Positions 7,595 through 16,496 of a stretch of 28,867 nucleotides of DNA are shown piece by piece (positions within the stretch are counted from its first letter, which is position 1; every line of letters begins with the position of its first letter). The translations under genes and the position numbers were made by a program. Under the pieces are notes generated by a model. It worked only from the letters and a program-made list of their open reading frames with translations. It ran no database searches and had not been told where the DNA came from. Source of the DNA: a virus (taxonomy: Duplodnaviria; Caudoviricetes); the IMG/VR virus record IMGVR_UViG_3300017784_005241, positions 1 through 28,867 of that record, one strand, 5' to 3'.

Positions 7595-7954
7595 ATGTCA
7601 ATCTTAACTGATAACAAAATTCTTTCCGCTGCTCCTGTAACTCCTGAAATGAGACAACAGAGACTCAAAGCTGTCGCAAATAACATTGTAAACATAACCC
7701 GCGATACATTTAATAATTTAGTTCATGTACAGCGTAGAGGTATTGATCTTGTATGGGCAAACGATAGCTTTACTCCTCAAGAAATCCTAAATGAGCTTGG
7801 AGATCAAGCACCAGCTATCTTTGCAATGCATAAAGAGCTATCCGAGTTTATTACTGATGTTGCTACTGTTAATAATGTTCAAGTTGATCTCAAACAACCT
7901 ACACACAACTTTACAGTAGTAGATAATAATATTATTGTAGGAGATAGACTTTAA
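7595..7954 (+). CDS. Hypothetical late protein
   Basis: 119 aa with its own late promoter. Confidence 0.75.
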   Translation: MSILTDNKILSAAPVTPEMRQQRLKAVANNIVNITRDTFNNLVHVQRRGIDLVWANDSFTPQEILNELGDQAPAIFAMHKELSEFITDVATVNNVQVDLKQPTHNFTVVDNNIIVGDRL

Positions 7955-8895
7955 TAGTACTCTCCATATATGTCTGTATTGTTAACAGACATATCAAATA
8001 CTTCATCCTTAGATATTGCGTTTATATTACCTGGATATGACTTAGCAGGTGATGCTGAGACACCAGGTATAGTAGACGATATAATACCTGAGAAAGCATT
8101 GTCGTAAACTTGCTGATTTTGCTTCTCGAGAGGCGCGCCAGGTTCGAATGAGTACATAAATCTCTTAGCACGTAATCTATAAACATAGTGACCAAGTACT
8201 GGGTTAAGTGTAGCTACATCTTGGTCAGTTCTCTCTGTAACTTCATAGATTTTCGCTCCTCTACCATTAGGTCTATCACATCCTAACGGCCATACCTCGA
8301 TCAAATCACCAGACTTTGGTTCGACAGATTGACCTGTAGATGTATACACGTCTTGTGCTGAATAACGTGCTGTACTAAAGTCATAGCCACCTGTTTCGAG
8401 TGTTAATGAATCAATGTTAGCAGGAAAATTAAATCCTGGTGTAGCTGATTGAGCTTGTACATAAGAGCGATACGCTTCATAGCTAGATAAAGCACCAGTC
8501 TGTGTACGAATATAAAAGTCTCTGTTTGCTATTTCATCTTCGAATGTTTGTATATGCACAAACCCTGTAAACTCATCATCAGGTGCAAAACCAAACTTAG
8601 AGAGCTTAATTGCACCATCTGTTAGCTCAATATACATCATGAGTGGAACAGGTCCATAAAATACGGCTGTAGGTTGCGAGCCATAAAAGGTATCGCACGC
8701 TGAAAGACTAAAAGAGTGAATATAGTAATTAACTGGAATACCAAAGTTGTTTATGAGGTCTTTAAAAGCCATATCATAAACTAACTGCTCACCCATTAGA
8801 TTTGCAGGGTTAAATAATTGACCGCAATTTGGGTTTGCGACTGCGGCAAACACACTATCAATAGTGCACTCAGATCTTGATGTATTACAGCCCAT
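7951..8895 (-). CDS. gp14: Neck/head-completion protein, T4 gp14-like
   Basis: LSKFGFAPDDE, EPKSGDLIE, IYEVT, YVYRLRAKRFMYSFE resemble gp14 conserved blocks; TAAATA (8907-8902) 6 nt upstream. Confidence 0.75.
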   Translation of the reverse strand: MGCNTSRSECTIDSVFAAVANPNCGQLFNPANLMGEQLVYDMAFKDLINNFGIPVNYYIHSFSLSACDTFYGSQPTAVFYGPVPLMMYIELTDGAIKLSKFGFAPDDEFTGFVHIQTFEDEIANRDFYIRTQTGALSSYEAYRSYVQAQSATPGFNFPANIDSLTLETGGYDFSTARYSAQDVYTSTGQSVEPKSGDLIEVWPLGCDRPNGRGAKIYEVTERTDQDVATLNPVLGHYVYRLRAKRFMYSFEPGAPLEKQNQQVYDNAFSGIISSTIPGVSASPAKSYPGNINAISKDEVFDMSVNNTDIYGEYY

Positions 8896-8900
8896 ATAAG

Positions 8901-9233
8901 TTATTTAGTTGTTACCTTACCATACTGCTGTCCATCTTGACCGATATACATTTCTACAGTAGAAGAAGAATTACCTAGATGCTTGGTTTCTCCAGGTTGA
9001 AAAGTTATATTATAAGATTTAAGTAAGTTTAGTAATACTTGACCTGATATATTACCTGTTGGAATATCGTAACGAGGTTTATATTCCTTTCTAACGGTAT
9101 TAATATTTTTTCTCATGTGCATACGATCATAAGACTTGCCGTTAATACCTGATTTAAGGGATACTAGTCCACTATGCAGTGCGTTTTCCTTCTTTGCATA
9201 TTCAAGTAGGTAGTACTCTTTAAAACTCGTCAT
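8901..9233 (-). CDS. Hypothetical late protein, possible internal head protein
   Basis: MTSFKEYYLLE N-terminus; TATAAATA 5 nt upstream. Confidence 0.7.
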   Translation of the reverse strand: MTSFKEYYLLEYAKKENALHSGLVSLKSGINGKSYDRMHMRKNINTVRKEYKPRYDIPTGNISGQVLLNLLKSYNITFQPGETKHLGNSSSTVEMYIGQDGQQYGKVTTK

Positions 9234-9238
9234 ATCTA

Positions 9239-9246
9239 TATTTATA
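9239..9246 (-). promoter_or_regulatory. T4-type late promoter TATAAATA
   Basis: 5 nt before ATG 9233. Confidence 0.75.
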
Positions 9247-9247
9247 C

Positions 9248-9278
9248 AAAACGGGCTTGGTTATACAACCAAGCCCGT
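9248..9278 (-). terminator. Intrinsic terminator
   Basis: 12-bp perfect stem ACGGGCTTGGTT/AACCAAGCCCGT, 4-nt loop, short T run on the minus strand after the 9305 stop. Confidence 0.75.
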
Positions 9279-9304
9279 CTCTTAATTCCTTGTCTTAATT
9301 AAAA

Positions 9305-10180
9305 TTATTGCTCAAAAAGAGAACCGCCTACTTTAAGCTTACCAACTTTGTTGCTTTTGCCCATGTTAGGTTGCTTAGCATTAACAAGCGCGTGACCATA
9401 GTCACCGTCGTTACCTACTTTGTCTGTGTATGCAGAGCTAGCACCGCCGGATTGAACTTTAAGAGTCCCAACTTTGTTGTTCTTACCCATGTCGACTTGT
9501 TTAGCATTGACAAGAGTGTGACCAAGTTCTTCTTCGTCTTCATCACCGAAGTCATCAGCATTAAAGTCGTCATCTGCATTTTCGTCTTCCATGTCGAAGT
9601 CACCTTCGTCGCCGAGGTCTTCTTCACCACCTTCAAGAACACTCATAAGAACATCGTGAAGCTTTTGTGCAGTTGCGCGGTCAAGTGTGAATGTAACTTC
9701 ACCTTCACTAGCAATATCAACATCAACATCACCTTCATCGTCAATGCCGAGAGCATCGAGTTCTTCAGCTTCGCCCATTTCACCACCCATTTCAGGAGCA
9801 CCTGGGGTCATAACATTTTCGTAGAGTCTATCAAACAAAGATTTTTTTCTCATAAAATTATTTATACTTCTTTCTGCCATTTTTTGTGATTCTGTTGTCA
9901 GTTTTTTCTTCTTAGTTTTTGATCCATCTTTTTTGACGGTATCATAATCAGGCTGAGATAAAACATCGATATCATATAGATTATCACTATCATCCTCAGA
10001 GTCGCGTCTATCAACCACTTTCTTAACATATCCTTCTGTATCATCAGGGCCTCCTTTAATGAGAGGCGCTTCACCGATTTCACCAGGTTTAACCTTATTA
10101 TTGTGTTTAATCTTACTCTTCATTTGATTGAGAGATTCACTATATATTTGACCGATTTTAAAAAAGTCGCTTTTAGACAT
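9305..10180 (-). CDS. Acidic low-complexity late protein (scaffold/internal head protein-like)
   Basis: D/E-rich; C-terminal duplicated 23-aa motif; late promoter 5 nt upstream and a second internal one. Confidence 0.75.
   Translation of the reverse strand: MSKSDFFKIGQIYSESLNQMKSKIKHNNKVKPGEIGEAPLIKGGPDDTEGYVKKVVDRRDSEDDSDNLYDIDVLSQPDYDTVKKDGSKTKKKKLTTESQKMAERSINNFMRKKSLFDRLYENVMTPGAPEMGGEMGEAEELDALGIDDEGDVDVDIASEGEVTFTLDRATAQKLHDVLMSVLEGGEEDLGDEGDFDMEDENADDDFNADDFGDEDEEELGHTLVNAKQVDMGKNNKVGTLKVQSGGASSAYTDKVGNDGDYGHALVNAKQPNMGKSNKVGKLKVGGSLFEQ
9329..9523 (-). repeat. 2 x 69-bp coding repeat GH(T/A)LVNAKQxxMGKxNKVGxLKV
   Basis: Copies at 9455-9523 and 9329-9397, period 126 nt. Confidence 0.85.
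9859..9866 (-). promoter_or_regulatory. Intragenic T4-type late promoter TATAAATA
   Basis: 5 nt before the in-frame ATG 9853. Confidence 0.6.
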
Positions 10181-10185
10181 AAGTA

Positions 10186-10193
10186 TATTTATA
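10186..10193 (-). promoter_or_regulatory. T4-type late promoter TATAAATA
   Basis: 5 nt before ATG 10180. Confidence 0.75.
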
Positions 10194-10198
10194 CCTTT

Positions 10199-12943
10199 AT
10201 GGCCAAAAAGACAGACAAAACAGAGTTTTACCTCGGAAATCCAAATTTACCTGCTGCAGATGCAGTTATTAGCTACGAGCCATGGATGATAAAGGAGATA
10301 AAAAAAGCGAAAGAAAACATCTTATATTTCGCAGAATCCTTCTTCTTTATTGTTAATCTAGATAGAGGTAGAGAGAAAATTAAACTACACTCATGCCAAA
10401 AACGAGCTGTACGTAAGATGCGTGATAATAGATTCTTTATTCTTTTAGCATCTCGACAGATCGGTAAAGCACTGGCACTAGATACACCAATACCGACGCC
10501 TAGTGGATGGACGACGATGGGTGAATTAAAAGATGGTGATAAAGTTTATGGGCTGAATGGCAAGCCGTGCAATGTTGTTAAGGCTCATGATACACTATAC
10601 AATAGAGAGTGTTATAAGATTACTTTTGATAATGGTGATGAAATTGTAGCTGATAGCGAACATTTATGGTTTACGCAGACGCGAGATGATAGAAGGCATA
10701 ATATACCTGGGAGTGTAAAAACAACAAGAGATATACTTGAGACTCTCAACACATATGGAAATGAACCAAATCATAGAATTCCAACGTGCATTACAGGTGT
10801 AGATGGTGTGTATAAAGATCTTCCTATATCTCCTTATGTTTTAGGTCTATGGTTAGGGGATGGAGCATCAGCTAGCGGAAGTATTACAGTTGGATCGAGA
10901 GATATAACAGAGATAGTAGAGAGACTTCAATCAGACAAGCAATTTAATAAACTTATCGTAAAAGAATATAGGACAAAAGTTTTCACACTGAGACCAACCG
11001 TACAGACAGAGGTCAAATCTAAAAGCTTATCAGCTATACTAAAACAATCTAATTTAATAAACAATAAACATATACCACAGGAATATTTGCAATCAAGTAG
11101 AGAGCAAAGACTGGAATTGTTGCAAGGTTTAGTAGACAGTGATGGATATGTATCTAAAACAGGTGTTTGTCAGTTTTACAATACGAATAAGACTCTTGTT
11201 ACCCAAGTAAGACAGTTAGTAGAGAGTCTAGGCTACAAAGTTACAGAGAAAGAGTATATACCGAAGCTTAATGGTGTAGAGTGCGCTCCAGCAAAATCGA
11301 TAACATTTACACCAATAGAGGATGTGTGTTATCTCAGCTTTAAGAAGCCGCGTATAAAGCACAGAGATAAGCAAAACAATACCAAGTTGCGAGCTCAATG
11401 GCATTATATTAAAAATGTCGAACTAATTCAATCGCAACCGGTACGATGTATAACTGTAGATAGTGATGATAGCCTATTCCTTGCAGGTAAGCACTATATA
11501 CCAACACACAATAGCACGATGATGACCATATATGTTCTCTGGCAAGCGTGTTTTTGTGATGATCAACGAATACTTCTTGTAGCTAACAAAGAGGCTACTG
11601 CTATTGAGATCTTTCAACGTGTGCGACTAGCATTCGAAGAATTACCTGTTTGGTTGAAACCGGGTGTTAAAGAATACGGTAAGACTTCAATGACACTAGA
11701 TAATGGTAGTCGTATAGGTATATCAACTACAACAGGATCTGCAGCTAGGGGCCAGTCTGTGAATGTTGTTGTTATTGACGAGATGGGTCACATTGAACCT
11801 CACCTTATGGATGAATTTTGGAAATCCGTCTTCCCGATTATCTCATCATCAAAGAAATCAAAGATATTTGTGTGTTCTACAGCAAATGGCACTGATAACT
11901 TATTTTATAAGTTATATGATGGAGCTGAGAAGGGTGAGAATGGCTGGGCTCATGATAAAATTCTATGGAATGAGGTACCTGGTAGAGATGAGAAATGGGC
12001 TGAGACTACGAAAAAGACTCTTGGATCAGCAGAAGACTGGGAGCAGGAGTTTAATTGCCAATTCCTCTCATCTGGAGAGTCCTCTATAGATCAGGCATTA
12101 TTTGCAGATATGGCTCAAAAATGCTCAATTGCGCCTATTATATTAGATGAAGGACATTATAAAATATGGGAAGAGCCAGATGCATCTAAGGTTTATATCG
12201 CTGGTGTTGATATTTCTGAAGGTGTAGGTCTCGACGCTAGCGTCATACAGCTATTTGATATAACTGACCTTAGAGATATTAAACAAGTAGCTGTATACCA
12301 TAATAGAAATATTCCTCCTCTCGAATTTTCTAATAAGCTCCATACTATACTTAAGAACTGGGGATCGCCTCTAGCTTTGATTGAGCGTAATAACTGCGGA
12401 GCTCAAGTTGTTGATAGACTTGCATTTGACCTTGGCTATACAAAGGTAGTTTCACATGGAGCTAAAGTTGCTGGACGCGCAAAGCCTCAAATGGGTATGA
12501 TTGCTCACACCAATACCAAATCGATGGGTGTACGTAACATGAGATACTTTGTTAACGAGCTCAGAACTGTAACTTTCAGAGATATTGAGACACTCAAAGA
12601 GTTTAAAGACTTTGTTAGATATCCTAACGGTGTATGGAGAGCAAAATCGGGCTATAATGATGACAGAGTAATGTCATCAATGTGGGCCTTGTTTGTTCTC
12701 GAGAAAGAGATTACAGAGCGATACTTCGAAATAGTTGAAGTTGATGAACACGGTAAACCATCAGCGTTACTACCTATTGATTATGGCGTTGCTCTATTTG
12801 AAGATCCTACCTCTATCTATAATGACTTTGAAGTAGTGGGTGAGAACAACACATTTCTATCACCAATTGTATTCGGTATGGGCGATTCTGATCAGGTTGC
12901 TGAAATGGAATGGTTGCAACAGGAAGGGTGGACTACTGTATAA
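10199..12943 (+). CDS. gp17: Terminase large subunit (T4 gp17-like), intein-containing; 914-aa precursor, 566 aa after splicing
   Basis: YLGNPNL, ASRQIGK|ST Walker A, ARGQS, VVIDE Walker B, STANG, EQEFNC, GVDISEG, IERN, DDRVM. Start set to ATG 10199 to avoid overlap with the divergent gene. Confidence 0.95.
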   Translation: MAKKTDKTEFYLGNPNLPAADAVISYEPWMIKEIKKAKENILYFAESFFFIVNLDRGREKIKLHSCQKRAVRKMRDNRFFILLASRQIGKALALDTPIPTPSGWTTMGELKDGDKVYGLNGKPCNVVKAHDTLYNRECYKITFDNGDEIVADSEHLWFTQTRDDRRHNIPGSVKTTRDILETLNTYGNEPNHRIPTCITGVDGVYKDLPISPYVLGLWLGDGASASGSITVGSRDITEIVERLQSDKQFNKLIVKEYRTKVFTLRPTVQTEVKSKSLSAILKQSNLINNKHIPQEYLQSSREQRLELLQGLVDSDGYVSKTGVCQFYNTNKTLVTQVRQLVESLGYKVTEKEYIPKLNGVECAPAKSITFTPIEDVCYLSFKKPRIKHRDKQNNTKLRAQWHYIKNVELIQSQPVRCITVDSDDSLFLAGKHYIPTHNSTMMTIYVLWQACFCDDQRILLVANKEATAIEIFQRVRLAFEELPVWLKPGVKEYGKTSMTLDNGSRIGISTTTGSAARGQSVNVVVIDEMGHIEPHLMDEFWKSVFPIISSSKKSKIFVCSTANGTDNLFYKLYDGAEKGENGWAHDKILWNEVPGRDEKWAETTKKTLGSAEDWEQEFNCQFLSSGESSIDQALFADMAQKCSIAPIILDEGHYKIWEEPDASKVYIAGVDISEGVGLDASVIQLFDITDLRDIKQVAVYHNRNIPPLEFSNKLHTILKNWGSPLALIERNNCGAQVVDRLAFDLGYTKVVSHGAKVAGRAKPQMGMIAHTNTKSMGVRNMRYFVNELRTVTFRDIETLKEFKDFVRYPNGVWRAKSGYNDDRVMSSMWALFVLEKEITERYFEIVEVDEHGKPSALLPIDYGVALFEDPTSIYNDFEVVGENNTFLSPIVFGMGDSDQVAEMEWLQQEGWTTV
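10469..11512 (+). mobile_element. Class 3 intein (348 aa) with LAGLIDADG homing endonuclease
   Basis: Begins ALALDTPIPTP (Ala1), ends IPTHN|S. WCT triad: HLW (10667), VRCITVD (11447), PTHN. Endonuclease motifs LGLWLGDG and LQGLVDSDG. Confidence 0.93.
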
Positions 12944-12946
12944 ATA
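12939..12946 (+). promoter_or_regulatory. T4-type late promoter TATAAATA
   Basis: Overlaps the terminase TAA; 6 nt before ATG 12953. Confidence 0.75.
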
Positions 12947-12952
12947 AAAGAG

Positions 12953-13534
12953 ATGATTAACACTCTTCCTCAATCTATATTAAACAAGTCACGAGTAGAT
13001 AAGTTTTTACTCGTGTTCGATGTACCTCCTATCCTAAAGACTTTTTCAAAGACAATAAATAGTGAGGAAGATGGTAGATCAGTTAAACCTGATGCTGTTC
13101 AGTTCGCAGTGTTCGGTTCAATGGTACCTGAAATTACTGTACCAGCTGTAGAGAATAGATATGCTGGTAATACACTGTATATATCATCACACTCTAAGAA
13201 TTCTTATCCTCCTGTTAATGTTAAGTTTACTATTGATAATGAGTACAATAACTACTGGGTAATTTATCAGTGGTTAAATCTATTACACGATCAACAAGAG
13301 GGTAGATATAACGCTGACAACATCCGGATAGATTCTAATTTTAATGATTATCAAACTGATATGACAATATATGGTTTGGATGAGTATAACAACAAGCGTA
13401 TATCGTTTAAGTATACAAAAGCATTTCCTACATCAATTAATGCTATCGATTACAACTACCAAGAATCTGGTGAGATAGTAAGTGGTTTCACGTTTGTATA
13501 CTCACAGATGCATGTAGATAAGCTAGCGTTTTAA
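12953..13534 (+). CDS. gp3: Tail completion/tube terminator, T4 gp3-like
   Basis: FTIDNEYNNYWVIYQW and FKYTKAFPTSINAIDY..FTFVY resemble gp3 tube-fold blocks; directly before the sheath. Confidence 0.65.
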   Translation: MINTLPQSILNKSRVDKFLLVFDVPPILKTFSKTINSEEDGRSVKPDAVQFAVFGSMVPEITVPAVENRYAGNTLYISSHSKNSYPPVNVKFTIDNEYNNYWVIYQWLNLLHDQQEGRYNADNIRIDSNFNDYQTDMTIYGLDEYNNKRISFKYTKAFPTSINAIDYNYQESGEIVSGFTFVYSQMHVDKLAF

Positions 13535-13554
13535 CGAAAAAGATTCTAAAGACG

Positions 13555-13562
13555 TATAAATA
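13555..13562 (+). promoter_or_regulatory. T4-type late promoter TATAAATA
   Basis: 7 nt before ATG 13570. Confidence 0.75.
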
Positions 13563-13569
13563 ATTGTAT

Positions 13570-15870
13570 ATGTCAACTAGAACAATTTTATCTCCTGGTG
13601 TTGAAGTAAGGGAGCGCGATTTATCAATTGTAGCACCTAATAATGTAGGTACTGCTGTATTTGTAGCCGGATTTGCGAATCAAGGCCCGTCAGATGAAGT
13701 GCTTAAGATCACAACACGTGATGAACTTGAGTTAATCTACGGTACACCAACTAACTCTGCAGAGAGATACTTCTACCATACAATTAGAGAGCTTCTTAAC
13801 TCTCCTTCTAACATTTATACATCAAGATTGCCATACGGCCTTGGAAGCGGTAATGGATTTGCAACAAAGTATTCTGCTCTTGTATATCCAGTCTCTACTG
13901 TTACATCTTCTACTAGTGCTACATCCAATACCCTTAGTGTTTCTGCAGGTACATATGTTTTAGGTTCACCTACACACATGGAACTTACTGACACTCAGTA
14001 TCAGTCAATAATCGAGGGATCTGCATTTACATGGTCTGCTTCAGCAAGTACATCGTTCAGCAATCTAAGCGATCTTGGTAAAGCTGGTGTTGTTATTCTT
14101 AATAAATCACAAACAGCGATTAATGATCAGTTTGAAGGTTACTATATTGGTATTGGTGATAACTTCAACCTTAACCCTGGTACAACATTCAATAGTATCA
14201 CTGGAGTTAATACACTTAACTCAAGCCTAACTTCTACAGCAACATACATACCTGTTCCAACTGGTACACTTCAGTTCCAACTTACTGCAGCAGTTAATGG
14301 TGCTTCGAACAGTATTTCGCAAGTGATGGAGAATCTTACAGATTATCAACCAAGCGAAACACAAGATGCTGACTTACTTAACATCGGTGTATTTAAACTT
14401 CGTAAATCACTTTTCTCAACTGAAGCATTCAAACTTGATTATGTTCTTGATGAAAAAGTAGTTGGTTCGATCGATTACTTCAAAACTATCAATGATGAAA
14501 AAGGTGGACCTGCTATTAGCTACTTCCTTGAAAGTACTGATGAAAATTCACGTAACACTACAGTTCTTGTTAATGATTTTATCTCTAACAGACTTGGTAC
14601 ATCTTCTTTAGGTGTAGATGGTGTTCCACTTAAAAAAGTTCGTGTGTTGACAAAATCGCTTATCGATAACAACAATCAGACGACTTCAGGTGTATCAACA
14701 AGCACACTTAACTCTCTTGTTGCTACTCTAGGTTTTGCTGATAACCTTTACCCGCTAGGTGCTTACACTGGTGTTGCAGCTAATACAAAAGATCTTGGAG
14801 ATATTCCAACTAAGCTTGATCGTGCACTTGATTCGGTTCGTAATGATGATATCTATGAGTTAGACGTTGTTGTTGAAGCTGGCTTAGGTACAATCTACGC
14901 TGCTGCTTCTGGTGCTCAAACTGCATACTACGACGAGACTAACTATAACACAAACCTTGCTACTCAAGTATCTGGTCTAAGAACAACTGGTACACCTAGC
15001 AACGATGGTGTTACTCTTCGTAATAACTACATGACAATCTTCAACAAGTTTGCAAACTTCTGCTCACCTGGTTATGTCGGTGGTGGTCGTGGTGATTGTA
15101 TCTTTATTGCGGATCCACTACGTCATATCTTCGTTACTGGTACTAACAATAAGATAGCAGCTAATAAGAACTCAATCTATCAGAGAGATATTTACTGGGC
15201 TCTGAGACACTTGTACTCTACTGCTAATACATCATATGCAGCTACTTATGCAAACTGGAGCAAGACATATGATCCAAGCTCTGGTCAACAAGTATGGGTA
15301 CCGTTCTCCGGCTACGCTGCAGCTGCTTATGCACGTACTGATGCAGCTAGATTCCCATGGATTGCACCTGCTGGATTTACCAATGGTCTTGTAACTAATG
15401 TTCTTGAGCTTGCATCTACTCCTAATCAGAAGCAACGCGATGAGCTATACAAAACTAATATTAACCCTGTTGCATTCTTCCCAGCACAAGGTAATGTAAT
15501 CTACGGTCAGAAGACACTCAATCGTAAGCCAAGTGCCTTCGATAGAATCAATGTTCGTAGATTGTTCCTTGCACTTGAAAGACCTTCTAAGAAACTATCT
15601 CAGTTCTTCGTATTCGAACCTAATACAACATTTACCCGTACACGACTTGTTAATGCTCTTGTGCCTATCTTTGATAGAGCTAAGAACACAGAAGGTGTAT
15701 ACGACTACTTGATTGTATGCGATGAAAGAAACAATACTCCGCAAGTTATTGATAATAACGAGCTAGTAGTTGATTTCTACATCAAGCCTGTACGTGCTAG
15801 CGAGTTTATTCTTCTTAACTTCATAGCTACTAGAACAGACACCAACTTCCAAGAAATTATTGGTGGATAA
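13570..15870 (+). CDS. gp18: Contractile tail sheath protein, gp18-like
   Basis: LSPGVEVRERD, FPWIAPAG, RDELYKTNINPV, GQKTL, SAFDRINVRRLF, FEPN, CDERNNTP, IKPVRASEFI. Confidence 0.95.
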   Translation: MSTRTILSPGVEVRERDLSIVAPNNVGTAVFVAGFANQGPSDEVLKITTRDELELIYGTPTNSAERYFYHTIRELLNSPSNIYTSRLPYGLGSGNGFATKYSALVYPVSTVTSSTSATSNTLSVSAGTYVLGSPTHMELTDTQYQSIIEGSAFTWSASASTSFSNLSDLGKAGVVILNKSQTAINDQFEGYYIGIGDNFNLNPGTTFNSITGVNTLNSSLTSTATYIPVPTGTLQFQLTAAVNGASNSISQVMENLTDYQPSETQDADLLNIGVFKLRKSLFSTEAFKLDYVLDEKVVGSIDYFKTINDEKGGPAISYFLESTDENSRNTTVLVNDFISNRLGTSSLGVDGVPLKKVRVLTKSLIDNNNQTTSGVSTSTLNSLVATLGFADNLYPLGAYTGVAANTKDLGDIPTKLDRALDSVRNDDIYELDVVVEAGLGTIYAAASGAQTAYYDETNYNTNLATQVSGLRTTGTPSNDGVTLRNNYMTIFNKFANFCSPGYVGGGRGDCIFIADPLRHIFVTGTNNKIAANKNSIYQRDIYWALRHLYSTANTSYAATYANWSKTYDPSSGQQVWVPFSGYAAAAYARTDAARFPWIAPAGFTNGLVTNVLELASTPNQKQRDELYKTNINPVAFFPAQGNVIYGQKTLNRKPSAFDRINVRRLFLALERPSKKLSQFFVFEPNTTFTRTRLVNALVPIFDRAKNTEGVYDYLIVCDERNNTPQVIDNNELVVDFYIKPVRASEFILLNFIATRTDTNFQEIIGG

Positions 15871-15895
15871 TTTAACTAATCAATAAATATAATAT

Positions 15896-16426
15896 ATGGC
15901 AACTACTATTACAGACTTCTTTCAACGCGCTGCATCAAAGCAATTTGCTAGAGACTTTTTGTTTCGAATCAAGCAAGTTACTATCGCAGGACAAACCTTC
16001 GTAGGGAACGGTGATCTTGTTTATGCAAGATCTGGTTCTCTACCAGGTCGTAACATTGAAAACAAGCAGGCTAAATACTTTGGTCAAAACTTCAATGTAC
16101 CCGGCGCTTCGACATATCCTAACTCTGAAGGCTATCAGATTGAATTCTATCATGATGAAGCTATCGAGTTACGTAAGAAGTTTGAAAGTGCTTCAAGAAC
16201 AGTGTTTAACGATGCTACATCTACTGGTGAATATCAAATGCCAGGTAGAGAGAGTGTAATCGTTCTATCTGTTCTTAACAGACAGCTAGAAGAAACATCT
16301 ACTATCACATTAATCGGTGCTTCAATAAGAAACATTAATCCTGTTGATTATAGTATCGCTGATGGTAACGGTGAGATTCTTAAGCTTACAGTTACTCTTT
16401 CGTATCACTTGTACGATCAATTCTAA
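15896..16426 (+). CDS. gp19: Tail tube protein, gp19-like
   Basis: Follows sheath; 176 aa; LPGR..YFGQNFNVPG, LNRQLE, VTLSY pattern; TAAATA at 15884-15889. Confidence 0.8.
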   Translation: MATTITDFFQRAASKQFARDFLFRIKQVTIAGQTFVGNGDLVYARSGSLPGRNIENKQAKYFGQNFNVPGASTYPNSEGYQIEFYHDEAIELRKKFESASRTVFNDATSTGEYQMPGRESVIVLSVLNRQLEETSTITLIGASIRNINPVDYSIADGNGEILKLTVTLSYHLYDQF

Positions 16427-16447
16427 TTATAGTAAACATATAAATAT

Positions 16448-16480
16448 AAAGCGCTACGATTATGTCGTAGCGCTTTTTTT
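16448..16480 (+). terminator. Intrinsic terminator after the tail tube gene
   Basis: AAAGCGCTACGA..TCGTAGCGCTTT stem running into a T7 tract. Confidence 0.85.
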
Positions 16481-16496
16481 GTAATAAATAAAATAT

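Noticed and set aside
8878-8895. MGCNTS eukaryotic myristoylation-like motif suggesting a eukaryotic virus
   Set aside because: Gene content is a contractile-tailed T4-like phage; a single motif is likely chance.
9308-9889. 193-aa plus-strand ORF
   Set aside because: Antisense shadow of the acidic gene (F/V/I/T-rich mirror of D/E/N codons); no promoter motif.
10103-10198. Longer terminase start given by the ORF track
   Set aside because: Overlaps the divergent gene; gp17-like sequence begins after ATG 10199. Track starts at 4292, 13564 and 27411 were shortened for similar reasons.
15856-15883. Antisense sigma70-like promoter into the sheath gene (TTGATT-N16-AATAAT) sharing TCAATAAATA
   Set aside because: The -10 lacks the conserved first T, no downstream gene is evident, and AT-rich chance is plausible.
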